From: Candidatus Adlerbacteria bacterium
GTDB lineage: Bacteria > Patescibacteriota > Minisyncoccia > Phycocordibacterales > SBAW01
Reading direction: 5' to 3'
Assembly: GCA_027451965.1 (NCBI GenBank)
Contig: DAIDHJ010000001.1
Coordinates: forward strand, 87,639 to 151,638
Length of the DNA: 64,000 nt
Shown here: piece after piece, positions 34,451-44,185 of the stretch
How positions within the stretch are numbered: the stretch's first letter is position 1
How the letters are laid out: each line of letters starts with the position of its first letter
Notes under the pieces: generated by a model
The model's database searches: none
Told to the model about the DNA's origin: nothing
Seen by the model: only the letters and a program-made list of their open reading frames with translations
Made by a program: the position numbers and the translations under genes

Positions 34451-36595
34451 ATGCGGCCTAAAAACCGTCTGCTCCGTACAATAAAAAAACGAGGTGGTCC
34501 GTGGATCATATGGGTACTCGGCATCCTGTTCCTGCTCATGGGAGGGGTTCTCCTATGGGCCTCTACACTGCAAATTCCTGATCTTTCTTCGCTCGAAAAC
34601 CGCGTGGTGGAACAATCGGTCAATATCTATGACCGTACTGGAACCATTTTGCTTTACAACCTCAACAACAATGCTCAACGCATCGTAGTACCGCTCTCGG
34701 CTATATCTCCTAATATTCAGGAAGCGACTATTGCAATGGAAGATCCGACGTTTTACCAAAATATTGGTATTCAACCCAGTGCCATTGCACGAGCTGCACT
34801 TGCTGACCTATTTCACCTTGCCCCAGTGCAAGGAGGGTCAACTATCACCCAACAGGTGGTAAAAGAGACATTGCTTACCAACAACAAAAGCATCACTCGA
34901 AAACTCAAGGAATTAGTATTAGCACTGAAACTGACTCGCACACTACCTAAAGACAAAATTCTTGAAATTTATCTCAATCAAACACCGTACGGAGGAAATA
35001 TATATGGAGTAGAACAGGCATCGGAAACATTCTTCAATGAACACGCTAGTGATGTTGATTTGGCTCAAGCGGCGTACTTGGAAGCGGTGCTTGCTGCTCC
35101 CACCTATTACTCTCCTTACGGAAACCATAAAGCAGATTTGGACGCGCGTAAAAATATTGTGCTCCAAAAAATGTTTGAACATGGCTACATTACCCAAGCG
35201 CAACTCGCTCAAGCACAACAGGAAGTGGTTACTTTTCAACCACAACATGAAACTGGCATTACTGCCCCGCATTTTGTGTTTTATGTAGAGCAGTATCTGG
35301 AAAGTAAATATGGAGCCGCGGCACTGCAACAAGGAGGGTGGAAAGTGATTACCACGCTTGATGCGGATCTGCAGACGCAAGCAGAAGCAACAGTGAAAAA
35401 GTGGGCCTTGTCTAATGCACAGACATACAATGCATCCAATGCAGGACTTATTGCTATCGATCCGAATACTGGACAGATTCTTGCTATGGTTGGTTCACGC
35501 GACTATTTTGATACGTCAGTAGATGGTAACTACAATGTGACCCTTGCCCTGCGTCAGCCGGGATCTACTTTCAAACCGTTTGTATATGCTGAAGCATTTA
35601 TGAAAGGATATACCCCTGATACAGTGCTTTTTGACGTACCTACTCAATTCTCAACCACCTGTGCCGCAAACAACTTCAGTAATGATAACGGGTGTTATGC
35701 TCCAGTTAATTACGACGGGCAGTTTGATGGACCGATGACACTACGGGATGCACTCGCACAATCGCGCAATGTTCCTTCGGTAAAATTGTTCTATCTTGCC
35801 GGACTCAATGATTCACTTGAATTGGCAAAAAGTATGGGTATCTCCACGCTTGGCGACCCGAGTCAGTACGGCCTCACTTTGGTATTGGGCGGCGGTGATG
35901 TAACTCTTTTGGATATGACAAGTGCATATGGCACATTTGCAACGAATGGAACCCATTATGAACCGGTGTCGGTGTTAAAAATTGAAGATCAGAATGGAAA
36001 TGTTATAGAAGATAATACACAGCCGGTTGGTACGAAAGTACTTCCGAATAGTGCAGCGGAGGAAATTAACAGCATACTATCCGACTATAATGCTCGCGCT
36101 CCTCTAGGAGAAAATGATTTTCTGAGTTTTCCTGGACATGATGTTGCAGTGAAAACAGGTACCACTAACGATTTTCGTGATGCGTGGACCATAGGATACA
36201 CCCCGAATGTGGTTATTGGTGTATGGGCAGGAAATAATAACAATGCTCCTATGTCCAAAAAAGTATCTGGTTTTATCGTTGGTCCTATGTGGCACGAGAT
36301 TATGAACTATGAAATAAATCGTGTTCCTAATATACCCTTCACTAATAGTGATATTCCTCCCGATCCACAAAAACCGATTTTGCAAGGAAATTGGCAGATT
36401 CCTGGCAACGACGGAAATATCCATAACATTCTATATTGGGTGGATAGAAACAATCCAACCGGTCCTCCTCCTTCCAATCCTTACAATGATCCGGAATTTC
36501 AATTATGGGATCCTCCGGTAGTACAGTGGGCGCAACAGCATGGTTTCATGCCAGGATTTCAACAAAACAGCGCTACTACTTCACCGCTTCCTTAG
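34451..36595 (+). CDS. penicillin-binding protein 1A (bifunctional GT51 transglycosylase/transpeptidase)
   Basis: N-terminal TM. GT51 motifs IAMEDPTFYQNIG, GGSTITQQ, RKLKE. TPase motifs STFKP, SRN, KTGTT. Confidence 0.85.
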   Translation: MRPKNRLLRTIKKRGGPWIIWVLGILFLLMGGVLLWASTLQIPDLSSLENRVVEQSVNIYDRTGTILLYNLNNNAQRIVVPLSAISPNIQEATIAMEDPTFYQNIGIQPSAIARAALADLFHLAPVQGGSTITQQVVKETLLTNNKSITRKLKELVLALKLTRTLPKDKILEIYLNQTPYGGNIYGVEQASETFFNEHASDVDLAQAAYLEAVLAAPTYYSPYGNHKADLDARKNIVLQKMFEHGYITQAQLAQAQQEVVTFQPQHETGITAPHFVFYVEQYLESKYGAAALQQGGWKVITTLDADLQTQAEATVKKWALSNAQTYNASNAGLIAIDPNTGQILAMVGSRDYFDTSVDGNYNVTLALRQPGSTFKPFVYAEAFMKGYTPDTVLFDVPTQFSTTCAANNFSNDNGCYAPVNYDGQFDGPMTLRDALAQSRNVPSVKLFYLAGLNDSLELAKSMGISTLGDPSQYGLTLVLGGGDVTLLDMTSAYGTFATNGTHYEPVSVLKIEDQNGNVIEDNTQPVGTKVLPNSAAEEINSILSDYNARAPLGENDFLSFPGHDVAVKTGTTNDFRDAWTIGYTPNVVIGVWAGNNNNAPMSKKVSGFIVGPMWHEIMNYEINRVPNIPFTNSDIPPDPQKPILQGNWQIPGNDGNIHNILYWVDRNNPTGPPPSNPYNDPEFQLWDPPVVQWAQQHGFMPGFQQNSATTSPLP

Positions 36596-37689
36596 CGATT
36601 CATCGGCATTACTAAATAGAGAAACGATTCGTCGGAAGCATCTTTCATAACAATTGCTTTTCCGGTACCGTTTGCATGGATACGTACGCTTTCTCCAGCA
36701 ATAGACTGCAGGCTATCAGCGACATACCGTCCATTAAAAGACATGGAAATTGCTTCTCCGGCAATAGTTGCTCGTAGTGTGGAGATTTGTTCTCCTACAT
36801 CAGGATTATGGGAAGAGAGTACGAGTGTCTTTTTTGCCGGTTCTACTGCAAGAATGATATGAAAAAACTTATCACTAAATACGGAGAGTGATTTAAGTGC
36901 TTGTGATAGATCCTCTCGCAATACCACTACTTCCGTAGTGAATGATTTTGGAATAATTTGCTGGTAGTTAGGAAAAGATCCATCAATAAGCCTGCTGGTA
37001 AAATAGGTATTGTTTATGTGCGCGGAAATCTGATTTTCGTTGTAATACACATCCACATCTCCATTGTGCGTTTCTAATAGGCGAATAAATTCCATTGCAT
37101 TCCGTGCAGGAAACAGTAACCGAGGAACACTTCCTCTTGAGCGTAAAAGGATTGTTTTTTCCGCTAGGCGAAATGAATCAGTTGCCGCTACGGTGAGTTT
37201 TCCTGCTTCTGCAGAGAGCAACACGCTTTGTAATTCTGGTTTTATGGATGACGTGGAAGCACAATATCCAACGCTCCGTATCGCTTTTATAAGATCAATA
37301 CTTTTTACACTAAAACTGGTTGATGCGGCAACTCGAGGAAGGGTTGGAAAATCCTCCGGCGGGAGAGTTTTTATTGAAGCCACCATATGATCTGTTTCAA
37401 CTTGTATTGTGTGATCCTTAAGAAACACTGATACTTGTTTTCCTTTTAAAGTGGAAAGGAAACTTGAAAGAGTGTGTGCAGGAACCGCAGCTATACCTTC
37501 CTGCAGCACCTTTGCCGGCACTGTGATTTCAATTCCGCATTCAAGATTTGTCGCACGTAGTAATAATCGCCCTTGTTCGGCAATAAGAAGTATGGTGGCG
37601 AGTACTGGCAGATTTGGACGCTTATCAGTAAATCGAGTACTAGTTGCTACTGCTGTATTGAGTTGTTCCACAGTCGTTTCAAATTTCAT
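36592..37689 (-). CDS. dnaN: DNA polymerase III beta sliding clamp
   Basis: MKFETTVEQLNTAV...TILLIAEQGRLLLRATNLE... Three-domain beta-clamp pattern, 365 aa, directly downstream of dnaA. Confidence 0.85.
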   Translation of the reverse strand: MKFETTVEQLNTAVATSTRFTDKRPNLPVLATILLIAEQGRLLLRATNLECGIEITVPAKVLQEGIAAVPAHTLSSFLSTLKGKQVSVFLKDHTIQVETDHMVASIKTLPPEDFPTLPRVAASTSFSVKSIDLIKAIRSVGYCASTSSIKPELQSVLLSAEAGKLTVAATDSFRLAEKTILLRSRGSVPRLLFPARNAMEFIRLLETHNGDVDVYYNENQISAHINNTYFTSRLIDGSFPNYQQIIPKSFTTEVVVLREDLSQALKSLSVFSDKFFHIILAVEPAKKTLVLSSHNPDVGEQISTLRATIAGEAISMSFNGRYVADSLQSIAGESVRIHANGTGKAIVMKDASDESFLYLVMPMNR

Positions 37690-37887
37690 AGGTGTATATA
37701 TTCTTGTATATAAAATCTATTACTAATACTAGTAGTGTGGATTGGTGGATATATCTTCTTTCTTGTTTGTTTTCTTATACATATTATTCAATATAGTATT
37801 GGGAATAATTTGTGCGATATGTAGATAAGATGAGTTTTGTATGAATGATGAAATAGTTATACTCATGTTCTCTACTCTCTGTACACA
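37690..37887. promoter_or_regulatory. oriC-type region: AT-rich dnaA-dnaN intergenic spacer with DnaA boxes
   Basis: AT-rich (tatatattcttgtatataaaatctattactaatactagtag). DnaA-box matches on the reverse strand: tgtggattg (37736-44), ggtggatat (37744-52) and tgtagataa (37820-28, reverse complement TTATCTACA). Confidence 0.55.
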
Positions 37888-39228
37888 TCATTTCAACATA
37901 AGACGAATCTGATTCACCTCTTGGTTGAGTACGCTGTCGGAAAGTAGTTCTGATTTTATTTTTTCACATGAGTGAATGACTGTAGTATGATCTCTTCCTC
38001 CTAATTTTTCCCCTATAGCAGGAAATGAGATATGAAAATCTTCTCGAAGGAGATACATAATTACCTGCCGTGGACGCACTACTTCTTTCCGTCGTGTTTT
38101 CTCATAAATACTATTTTCTTCAGTATTGTAAAAATTGGCGACAATTTTTACCACTTCCGGGACAGAAATAGCTTTTTTTGTGGCTCCCGCAGCGCTTCTC
38201 AGAATATTTTTGGTGTCTGCCAGTGTAAGTGGTCCTTCACGCATTTCAAACTGAATAAGTAAGAGATTTAATGCCCCTTCAAGTTCCCGAACATTTCCTT
38301 CAATAGTGCTCGCCAAGTAATCGAGAATATCATCTGATAGTACTACCCCGTGCGCAGCCGCTTTTGCCCGCACAATAGCCAAACGTGATTGATGGTCGGG
38401 AGGGGTGATGGAAACAATCATGCCGGCACTAAGACGCGATTTTATACGGTCTTCCAATTGTTGAATCACATTTGGATGTTGATCGGAAGTGAATATAAGC
38501 TGCTTGTTTCCATCATGGAGGTAGTTGAACAAGTGAAAAAATTCTTCCTTGATTTTATCTCTACCGGCAAGGAACTGTACGTCGTCCATGATAAGCAAAT
38601 CATACTGTCGATAGTGTTCTTTAAAACTCTGCACTTTTCCACTCTGGAGCGCAGATACATAATCCATAGAGAACTTCTCCGAAGTGACATAAAAGATTTT
38701 CCGATCAGGAGTGTGTACGCGAAAATGGTTTCCGATTGCTTGAATAAGGTGTGTTTTTCCGAGTCCGGTCGGTCCGTACACAAGTAGTGGATTGTATGCA
38801 ATACCTGGTTTACGTATCACTGCTTGTGCAGCGGCGTGTGCTAATTCGTTGAATGGTCCTACTACGAACGTAGAGAGTATAAAACGAGGGTTTAAATTGG
38901 TTTTAGTATGTACTGATTCAAGTGGAAGTTCTGCTGGTGCTGAAGTGGTGGTAATAACTTCTTCCACAGCTTTTTTTGGATTGCGGGAGATGACATATTC
39001 AACCGAACGAATATTCTCCGAATGGCTGCGCAATGAACGCAAAATATCCTTATGAAATTTCCGCAACAGCCAATCTCTGGCAAATTGGCTCGGCACGCCG
39101 AGATACACCGTATTGTCTTCTATGCGAACGATGTGAGTGTCTCGGAACCACGTATTGAAATTGGGAGGAGAAATACTGAGTTCAAGCTCAACCAGTGTGT
39201 TTTCCCAAAGTTCTTTCGTGGTGGTCAT
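37888..39228 (-). CDS. dnaA: chromosomal replication initiator protein DnaA
   Basis: Walker A GPTGLGKTHL, Walker B LLIMDDVQF, sensor and box motifs, C-terminal DNA-binding domain ...LGGRDHTTVIHSCEKI. Confidence 0.9.
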   Translation of the reverse strand: MTTTKELWENTLVELELSISPPNFNTWFRDTHIVRIEDNTVYLGVPSQFARDWLLRKFHKDILRSLRSHSENIRSVEYVISRNPKKAVEEVITTTSAPAELPLESVHTKTNLNPRFILSTFVVGPFNELAHAAAQAVIRKPGIAYNPLLVYGPTGLGKTHLIQAIGNHFRVHTPDRKIFYVTSEKFSMDYVSALQSGKVQSFKEHYRQYDLLIMDDVQFLAGRDKIKEEFFHLFNYLHDGNKQLIFTSDQHPNVIQQLEDRIKSRLSAGMIVSITPPDHQSRLAIVRAKAAAHGVVLSDDILDYLASTIEGNVRELEGALNLLLIQFEMREGPLTLADTKNILRSAAGATKKAISVPEVVKIVANFYNTEENSIYEKTRRKEVVRPRQVIMYLLREDFHISFPAIGEKLGGRDHTTVIHSCEKIKSELLSDSVLNQEVNQIRLMLK

Positions 39229-39329
39229 AAGGTCTCACTAGGATAGGCGAGTGCACAGTGGGTGTCAAAAGAGCTGAAAATGTGGAGAACGTGTGGAGAA
39301 GTTGTTGAGAAGTCATTCCTGAGGTATAT

Positions 39330-39358
39330 TGAGCACTGTTCGTCCGCTTGATACAATT
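39330..39358 (+). promoter_or_regulatory. candidate sigma-70 promoter for rpmH-rnpA-yidC-jag (TTGAGC-17-TACAAT)
   Basis: ttgagc (39330-35), 17-nt spacer, tacaat (39353-58), ~9 nt before the rpmH ATG, so a near-leaderless mRNA. Two TGTGGAGAA DnaA-box-like repeats lie at 39281-39300 just upstream. Confidence 0.4.
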
Positions 39359-39366
39359 ATCTCTTC

Positions 39367-39513
39367 ATGTCACAAACCTATCAGCCAAAAAAACGCAAAC
39401 GAGCAAAAACGCACGGTTTTCTTGTGCGCACCAAGACTCCAGGAGGCCGTAATGTGCTTCTTCGCCGCCGTCGTAAAGGCCGAGTGCGTCTCGCAGTGAA
39501 GCGCAGTCGCTAA
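39367..39513 (+). CDS. rpmH: 50S ribosomal protein L34 (48 aa; below the ORF-track cutoff)
   Basis: [48 protein letters not shown] is near-universal L34. Confidence 0.9.
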   Translation: MSQTYQPKKRKRAKTHGFLVRTKTPGGRNVLLRRRRKGRVRLAVKRSR

Positions 39514-39520
39514 AAGCGGT

Positions 39521-39844
39521 ATGCTCCCCTCTTCCCGCCGTTTGCGCGCCAGCGAAGTGCGGGTCATTATTGCTACAGGGCGCAGTATTCGAGGAGAATA
39601 CCTGTCGGCGAAATATCGCCTCGCGTCTGGACCGTTCCGCAGTGCCATTGTGGTATCAAAAAAGCTTGCGAAAACAGCAGTGATGCGAAATAGGTTGCGC
39701 CGGTGGACATACAACGCCCTTACACAGCAACCATTTCCCAAAGGTATAGAGGTGGTTATTTTTATACAAAAGAAACCAACCATCGCACCAGTATCTGCAC
39801 TTGTCCGCGATCTCACACATCTATGTTCCAAACTATCCTCGTAG
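39521..39844 (+). CDS. rnpA: ribonuclease P protein component
   Basis: Basic 107-aa protein with RNRLRRW (RNR motif), immediately after rpmH. Confidence 0.75.
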   Translation: MLPSSRRLRASEVRVIIATGRSIRGEYLSAKYRLASGPFRSAIVVSKKLAKTAVMRNRLRRWTYNALTQQPFPKGIEVVIFIQKKPTIAPVSALVRDLTHLCSKLSS

Positions 39845-40539
39845 CACCCCTCTATAACAGTTTTATTTTCCTTGTGGACCTTACCCATGGAAACGTAGGG
39901 TGGGCAATCATCCTGCTTACGCTATGCATACGCGTGCTGTTTTATGGGGCTTTTACTGCATCTATAAAAACACAAATGGGGATGCAAGAAGTCCAAGGAG
40001 AGCTTGCTGACATCAATGAAACCTACAAAGATAATTCTGAAGAACGTGCAAAACGCACGATGGAGCTGTTTAAAGAGAAAAAAATACGACCATTTGCCGG
40101 TTTGTTAGCACTGATTGTACAAATTCCAGTATTTCTAGCACTTTACTTCGCACTGTTCCGGGAAGGGTTGCCGCACATTGCGACACAACTACTCTATCCA
40201 TTTGTGCATATCCCCACCACCATCACCACGGTATTTATAGGAATTCCTTTGCTTGTGCCGCATAACCTCATGCTTGCGGGCATAGTCGCCATTACGCAAT
40301 ACATTGCCATCCATTTTTCCTTGGCGCGTACTGCTTCTGTATCCCACCATCTTTCCAAAGAGCAGGAAATGGCACAGAGCATGCAGCGGGTAACCATGTT
40401 GTACACCATGCCGCTCATTCTCGGGTTTTTGAGCTATTCATTTCCTGCAGCGGTAGGCCTTTATTTTGCAACAGGAAATATTGTTTCTATCGTGCAAGAA
40501 TTGATCATTCGCCGACAGTTGGTGAAGAAATCGGCATAA
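39823..40539 (+). CDS. yidC: membrane protein insertase YidC (short, Gram-positive/CPR type)
   Basis: ...NVGWAIILLTLCIRVLFYGAFTASIKTQMGMQEVQGELADINETYKDN...AKRTMELFKEKKIRPFAGLLALIVQIPVFLALY is the YidC core. Start chosen at MFQTIL. Confidence 0.8.
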   Translation: MFQTILVAPLYNSFIFLVDLTHGNVGWAIILLTLCIRVLFYGAFTASIKTQMGMQEVQGELADINETYKDNSEERAKRTMELFKEKKIRPFAGLLALIVQIPVFLALYFALFREGLPHIATQLLYPFVHIPTTITTVFIGIPLLVPHNLMLAGIVAITQYIAIHFSLARTASVSHHLSKEQEMAQSMQRVTMLYTMPLILGFLSYSFPAAVGLYFATGNIVSIVQELIIRRQLVKKSA

Positions 40540-40558
40540 TCTTGAAAGCCCCTCCCCT

Positions 40559-41038
40559 TTGCGGTATGGTGGCTACATGGACGACTCCTTGGTACAACTT
40601 ATTACCGAATTACTTGAGAAACTTGATGTACAAGTAGAACACATCGCTCTTGCTCCAGGAACACGAAAGATAATCGCAATCACTTCTCCTGAATCAAAAC
40701 GGCTCATCGGTCCGCATGGAGAACATTTACGTTCTCTTGCTGCACTTGCACGGCGGCTAGCAGAAACTAAATTTGGTCCGGAAATAAATTTTAGTATCGA
40801 TGTAAATGGCTACTATGAGCGGCAGATGGAACAAGTGCGCAGCAATGCTCGCATGCTCGCTCAGCGCGCTCGATTGTTTAAGTACGATATTGAAATGAGC
40901 CCCATGTCCCCGTATGAACGGTTGGTCATTCACGAACTGTTTGCTGAAGATCCGGAAATCGAAACGCGCTCGGAGGGAACGGGGAAATTCCGTCATGTAG
41001 TGCTCCATTATCGCGGCAGTCAGCAGACTACTGTGTAA
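40559..41038 (+). CDS. jag: Jag/KhpB-like RNA-binding protein (KH + R3H domains)
   Basis: C-terminal R3H: YERLVIHELFAEDPEIETRSEGTGKFRHVVL. Position after yidC. Confidence 0.7.
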   Translation: MRYGGYMDDSLVQLITELLEKLDVQVEHIALAPGTRKIIAITSPESKRLIGPHGEHLRSLAALARRLAETKFGPEINFSIDVNGYYERQMEQVRSNARMLAQRARLFKYDIEMSPMSPYERLVIHELFAEDPEIETRSEGTGKFRHVVLHYRGSQQTTV

Positions 41039-42248
41039 GGCGGACCCCCCAAAGGCTCCTATCTCCTCGGGAGATGTACATGAGATAGCGATCATCAGGA
41101 GAAATAGTTAATTGAGTGATACTTGTCTGTGAGCCCCCGTCTTGTCCTGGTACGGCGATCGCACTGCTCGTATTCCCATTAGAAAAATCTATCCCTTCAA
41201 TATAATCAGGTATATTTACAATACCTTGATGCCACGCGTCCAAATAACTAGCATCTACGTTTTGGGTTGGCATAGCACAATATAATCGGTAAGTGACCAG
41301 AGCATCCCATACACATTTTTCAGGGAAAACATCAAATACAGATACATCTCCTCCGCTATGCAGTAGGTGTACGTAACTCAAATTTACCCCATTGGAGCGA
41401 GTTTGGTATAGAATTTCACTTAAATCTTTATTTGCCAGCGCAGTAAGCCCATCCCCATACAGCAGTGGAACAATAGCACCACTTTTTACGCCTACTTCAA
41501 ATACTATTCCTGGAGTATCTGCTGCTGATTTTGTTTGAAGGATGATCATTTGTGGTGTTGGCCAGGAAATCAGTAATTGAGTGAAGGGTATGGAAAAAAG
41601 TTCTCGAGGGTTATGACCATCAACAGCGGCAACATATCCATTTACACCTCCCGATTGATTTTTTAGTAAGTAAGAAATGCTTCCTCCATCAGGAGAAACA
41701 GCTAATCCAAGTATATTATCAGGAAGAAACTGCACCTCTTTTGGGGATGATGGAGTAGTGGAGGTTGAAAGAGTGAACCCTAAGTAAATAGTTTTTATTG
41801 TATTGGTAGTGTCTACATACTGGAGCAATACCGCATTGCCTCCTTGGGCCCATACTGCCTTTTGTGCACCGGGAATAGTTACATCGGAAATAGTTTCTGG
41901 TGCAACACCCGACATATCAAGCGGTACATCAGATACATGCCCAGTATCCTGCATGATAAAACGAGCTATGGTAGTAGTTGGATTGTTTTGTTGAATAAAT
42001 ACTGCACTAGTGACTGGTCCTGGGGATATATTAAAAATTTTTTCGTTTGAATTACTACTTTCTGTAGTTTGACTAGTTAAAGTATTCCCATTTCCAGAAG
42101 AAAAAGTAGTATTTCCTGCACTCGGAAATCCGAACGAGCTAGTAGAAACTGGAAACGGAGCACTGGATCTGAAGAATAGAAACCACATCCCTGCACCCAA
42201 TAAAATGATGATTGCTCCAATACTCAAAAATATAATACGACGTGACAT
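41028..42248 (-). CDS. secreted/membrane-anchored hypothetical protein, beta-propeller-like (last gene of the T4SS-like operon)
   Basis: N-terminal TM IIFLSIGAIIILLGAGMWFLFF. Repetitive S/T/G-rich beta-strand segments with DGxxxxY-type repeats. Confidence 0.45.
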   Translation of the reverse strand: MSRRIIFLSIGAIIILLGAGMWFLFFRSSAPFPVSTSSFGFPSAGNTTFSSGNGNTLTSQTTESSNSNEKIFNISPGPVTSAVFIQQNNPTTTIARFIMQDTGHVSDVPLDMSGVAPETISDVTIPGAQKAVWAQGGNAVLLQYVDTTNTIKTIYLGFTLSTSTTPSSPKEVQFLPDNILGLAVSPDGGSISYLLKNQSGGVNGYVAAVDGHNPRELFSIPFTQLLISWPTPQMIILQTKSAADTPGIVFEVGVKSGAIVPLLYGDGLTALANKDLSEILYQTRSNGVNLSYVHLLHSGGDVSVFDVFPEKCVWDALVTYRLYCAMPTQNVDASYLDAWHQGIVNIPDYIEGIDFSNGNTSSAIAVPGQDGGSQTSITQLTISPDDRYLMYISRGDRSLWGVRLTQ

Positions 42249-42251
42249 AGA

Positions 42252-43157
42252 TTATTGATTGTATCCGCAAACCCACCATTGCATTGAATTGCTATTTGAT
42301 CCATAAAGATTTAAACCACCATTAGGATCAGGAACCGCAATACAGGCATTATATTGGATGGTAGTTGGACTTGTGAATTTTTTATTCCACTGTGAACAAT
42401 TCTGTGTTGGATCATCAGATTGACCAAAACTACCGTGATATGCCAGTTGACACTCCTGTCTATCAGCTTCCAATTCTCCCATAGCAAGAGATTTTAAATC
42501 CACAGGATTTTCTGGAGGACAAACCGTCCCCTGACGCTCAACCCAATAACATTTCTGATTTAGTGCTATTTGTTGTTCAATATACGTATTATTTCCATCA
42601 TTACATATCGTTGTAACGCCATATTCGTTGCAAGTAGTTTTTTGATTTGCTGTTGAAGTGGTATTTGAACCAACAGTAGGAAGAGAAAGACTAATTGTGA
42701 CTAAACCTGGATTAATTTTATTAAGAATGATATATGCTCCTAGTAATAACAATAGTCCAAATAATGCTGCTTGTATTCTACTTTTTGCCTGAGCTTTTTT
42801 CCCTCCTATTTCAGAAGTCATGTAACTAATTCCATAGAACACAAGTACGAGTACCGCAAAAACTACACCAAAAGCTAAAATTAATTTAAAAAATCCATTT
42901 ACTAGTGTTGGAAAATCTGATGGGTTTCCTAGTTTACTCTGCGCTCCATAAGTAAATGGAAGTGGTTCAAGAGGGGTGTATTGTAATGGTGCAACAGCAT
43001 TTCCAGAGTTGGGATTTTGTGTGGGTAGAGTTCCAGGAGGGACAGGTTTGGGAGTAGGAGATGGTGCGGGATTAGAAATAGGAGCAGCTGCATATACCGT
43101 ATATGTTGAACTTACAAATATTATCGAAACAATACTCAGTAATAAAAATTTATTCAT
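42252..43157 (-). CDS. VirB2/TrbC-like pilin-domain protein with Pro-rich N-terminal and Cys-rich C-terminal extensions
   Basis: Signal peptide, PxP-rich linker, then two hydrophobic helices separated by a short basic loop (FFKLILAFGVVFAVLVLVFYGISYM - TSEIGGKKAQAKSRIQ - AALFGLLLLLGAYIIL), which is the VirB2/TrbC topology. A ~150-aa domain with 10 Cys follows. Confidence 0.4.
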   Translation of the reverse strand: MNKFLLLSIVSIIFVSSTYTVYAAAPISNPAPSPTPKPVPPGTLPTQNPNSGNAVAPLQYTPLEPLPFTYGAQSKLGNPSDFPTLVNGFFKLILAFGVVFAVLVLVFYGISYMTSEIGGKKAQAKSRIQAALFGLLLLLGAYIILNKINPGLVTISLSLPTVGSNTTSTANQKTTCNEYGVTTICNDGNNTYIEQQIALNQKCYWVERQGTVCPPENPVDLKSLAMGELEADRQECQLAYHGSFGQSDDPTQNCSQWNKKFTSPTTIQYNACIAVPDPNGGLNLYGSNSNSMQWWVCGYNQ

Positions 43158-43160
43158 ATC

Positions 43161-44177
43161 TTAAAAAGAAAGTGATGATTGTTGGCCGAATAGTAATTGC
43201 AAAGCCGTATTTGCTGATTGTAGTATTTGATCACTGTTAGTGTTTTGAATACTGAGTCCCACCGTTGCCTCTCCGGAGGCATTATTCCCATTTTTTCGCA
43301 AGGTTAAGATACCCTTATTACTATCGGGTCCAGAAACATCCTGACCATTTACTGTCCATTGATAAGTAAGGGTATTATTTCCCTGTGCATCAGTGGCAAA
43401 ATAGTATGGTTCTGCTTGTAAAGTCATCTCATTTCCTTGAAATGGAGCACTATTCACTAATCCGGTATCAAAAAGTTCTCCTCGTAATGGGTCTCGTATA
43501 TAGAATAGTAACTGCGGCGAAGTTGCTGGAATAGTTATATCTCCCTCACCTACTTGTGTGCCATTATAATACACAGCAACAGATACCTCTTCACTACTTT
43601 GTAATTGATCTCCTTGGAAGGTAAATGTAGTTTTTCCTAACCCAGACTGTTCAGGTACTAATGTTCCATGCAAACTCCACTGAAAAGAGAGTGCTTTAGA
43701 AGAAAGAAAAAATTTATTAACTACAATTTCTGGAAATGCTACTACTGTTACTGTAGATCCAGGACTATATAGAGATAGACCTTTGTAAAATATAGGCACC
43801 GAGGTATTTGCTTCCCACACAAGATTTGTTAATGAAGGAGAAATAATAAATGTATGAGTGAATGTTCCTTCACTAGGAGAATTAATTGTTACTGTAATAA
43901 TATTCTCACTTCCCAATGCTCCTGCGGTAAACGTAAAAGAACTGTCTCCTATTCCAGAACTTAGTATTTTATTATCCTGACTCCAGGTAATAGATGCATT
44001 ACCTAAAAAAGAACCAACACCAGTTGCTGTTATCTCTATAGATTGATTTGGTCCAGGATTCTGCGGAGTTACACTATATTCTATAGGCGCAGGTTGAGTA
44101 GAGTTAGTGACTTGTGCAAGCACCGGCGTTGCCATACTAAAAGTGAATATGAGTAAAAAGGATAGTAATATCCTCAT
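43161..44177 (-). CDS. secreted hypothetical protein with repeated Ig/FN3-like beta domains
   Basis: Signal peptide MRILLSFLLIFTFSMATPVLAQ. Repeated SxTxxxNG/QW motifs. No enzyme motifs. Confidence 0.4.
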   Translation of the reverse strand: MRILLSFLLIFTFSMATPVLAQVTNSTQPAPIEYSVTPQNPGPNQSIEITATGVGSFLGNASITWSQDNKILSSGIGDSSFTFTAGALGSENIITVTINSPSEGTFTHTFIISPSLTNLVWEANTSVPIFYKGLSLYSPGSTVTVVAFPEIVVNKFFLSSKALSFQWSLHGTLVPEQSGLGKTTFTFQGDQLQSSEEVSVAVYYNGTQVGEGDITIPATSPQLLFYIRDPLRGELFDTGLVNSAPFQGNEMTLQAEPYYFATDAQGNNTLTYQWTVNGQDVSGPDSNKGILTLRKNGNNASGEATVGLSIQNTNSDQILQSANTALQLLFGQQSSLSF

Positions 44178-44185
44178 ACTACCTA

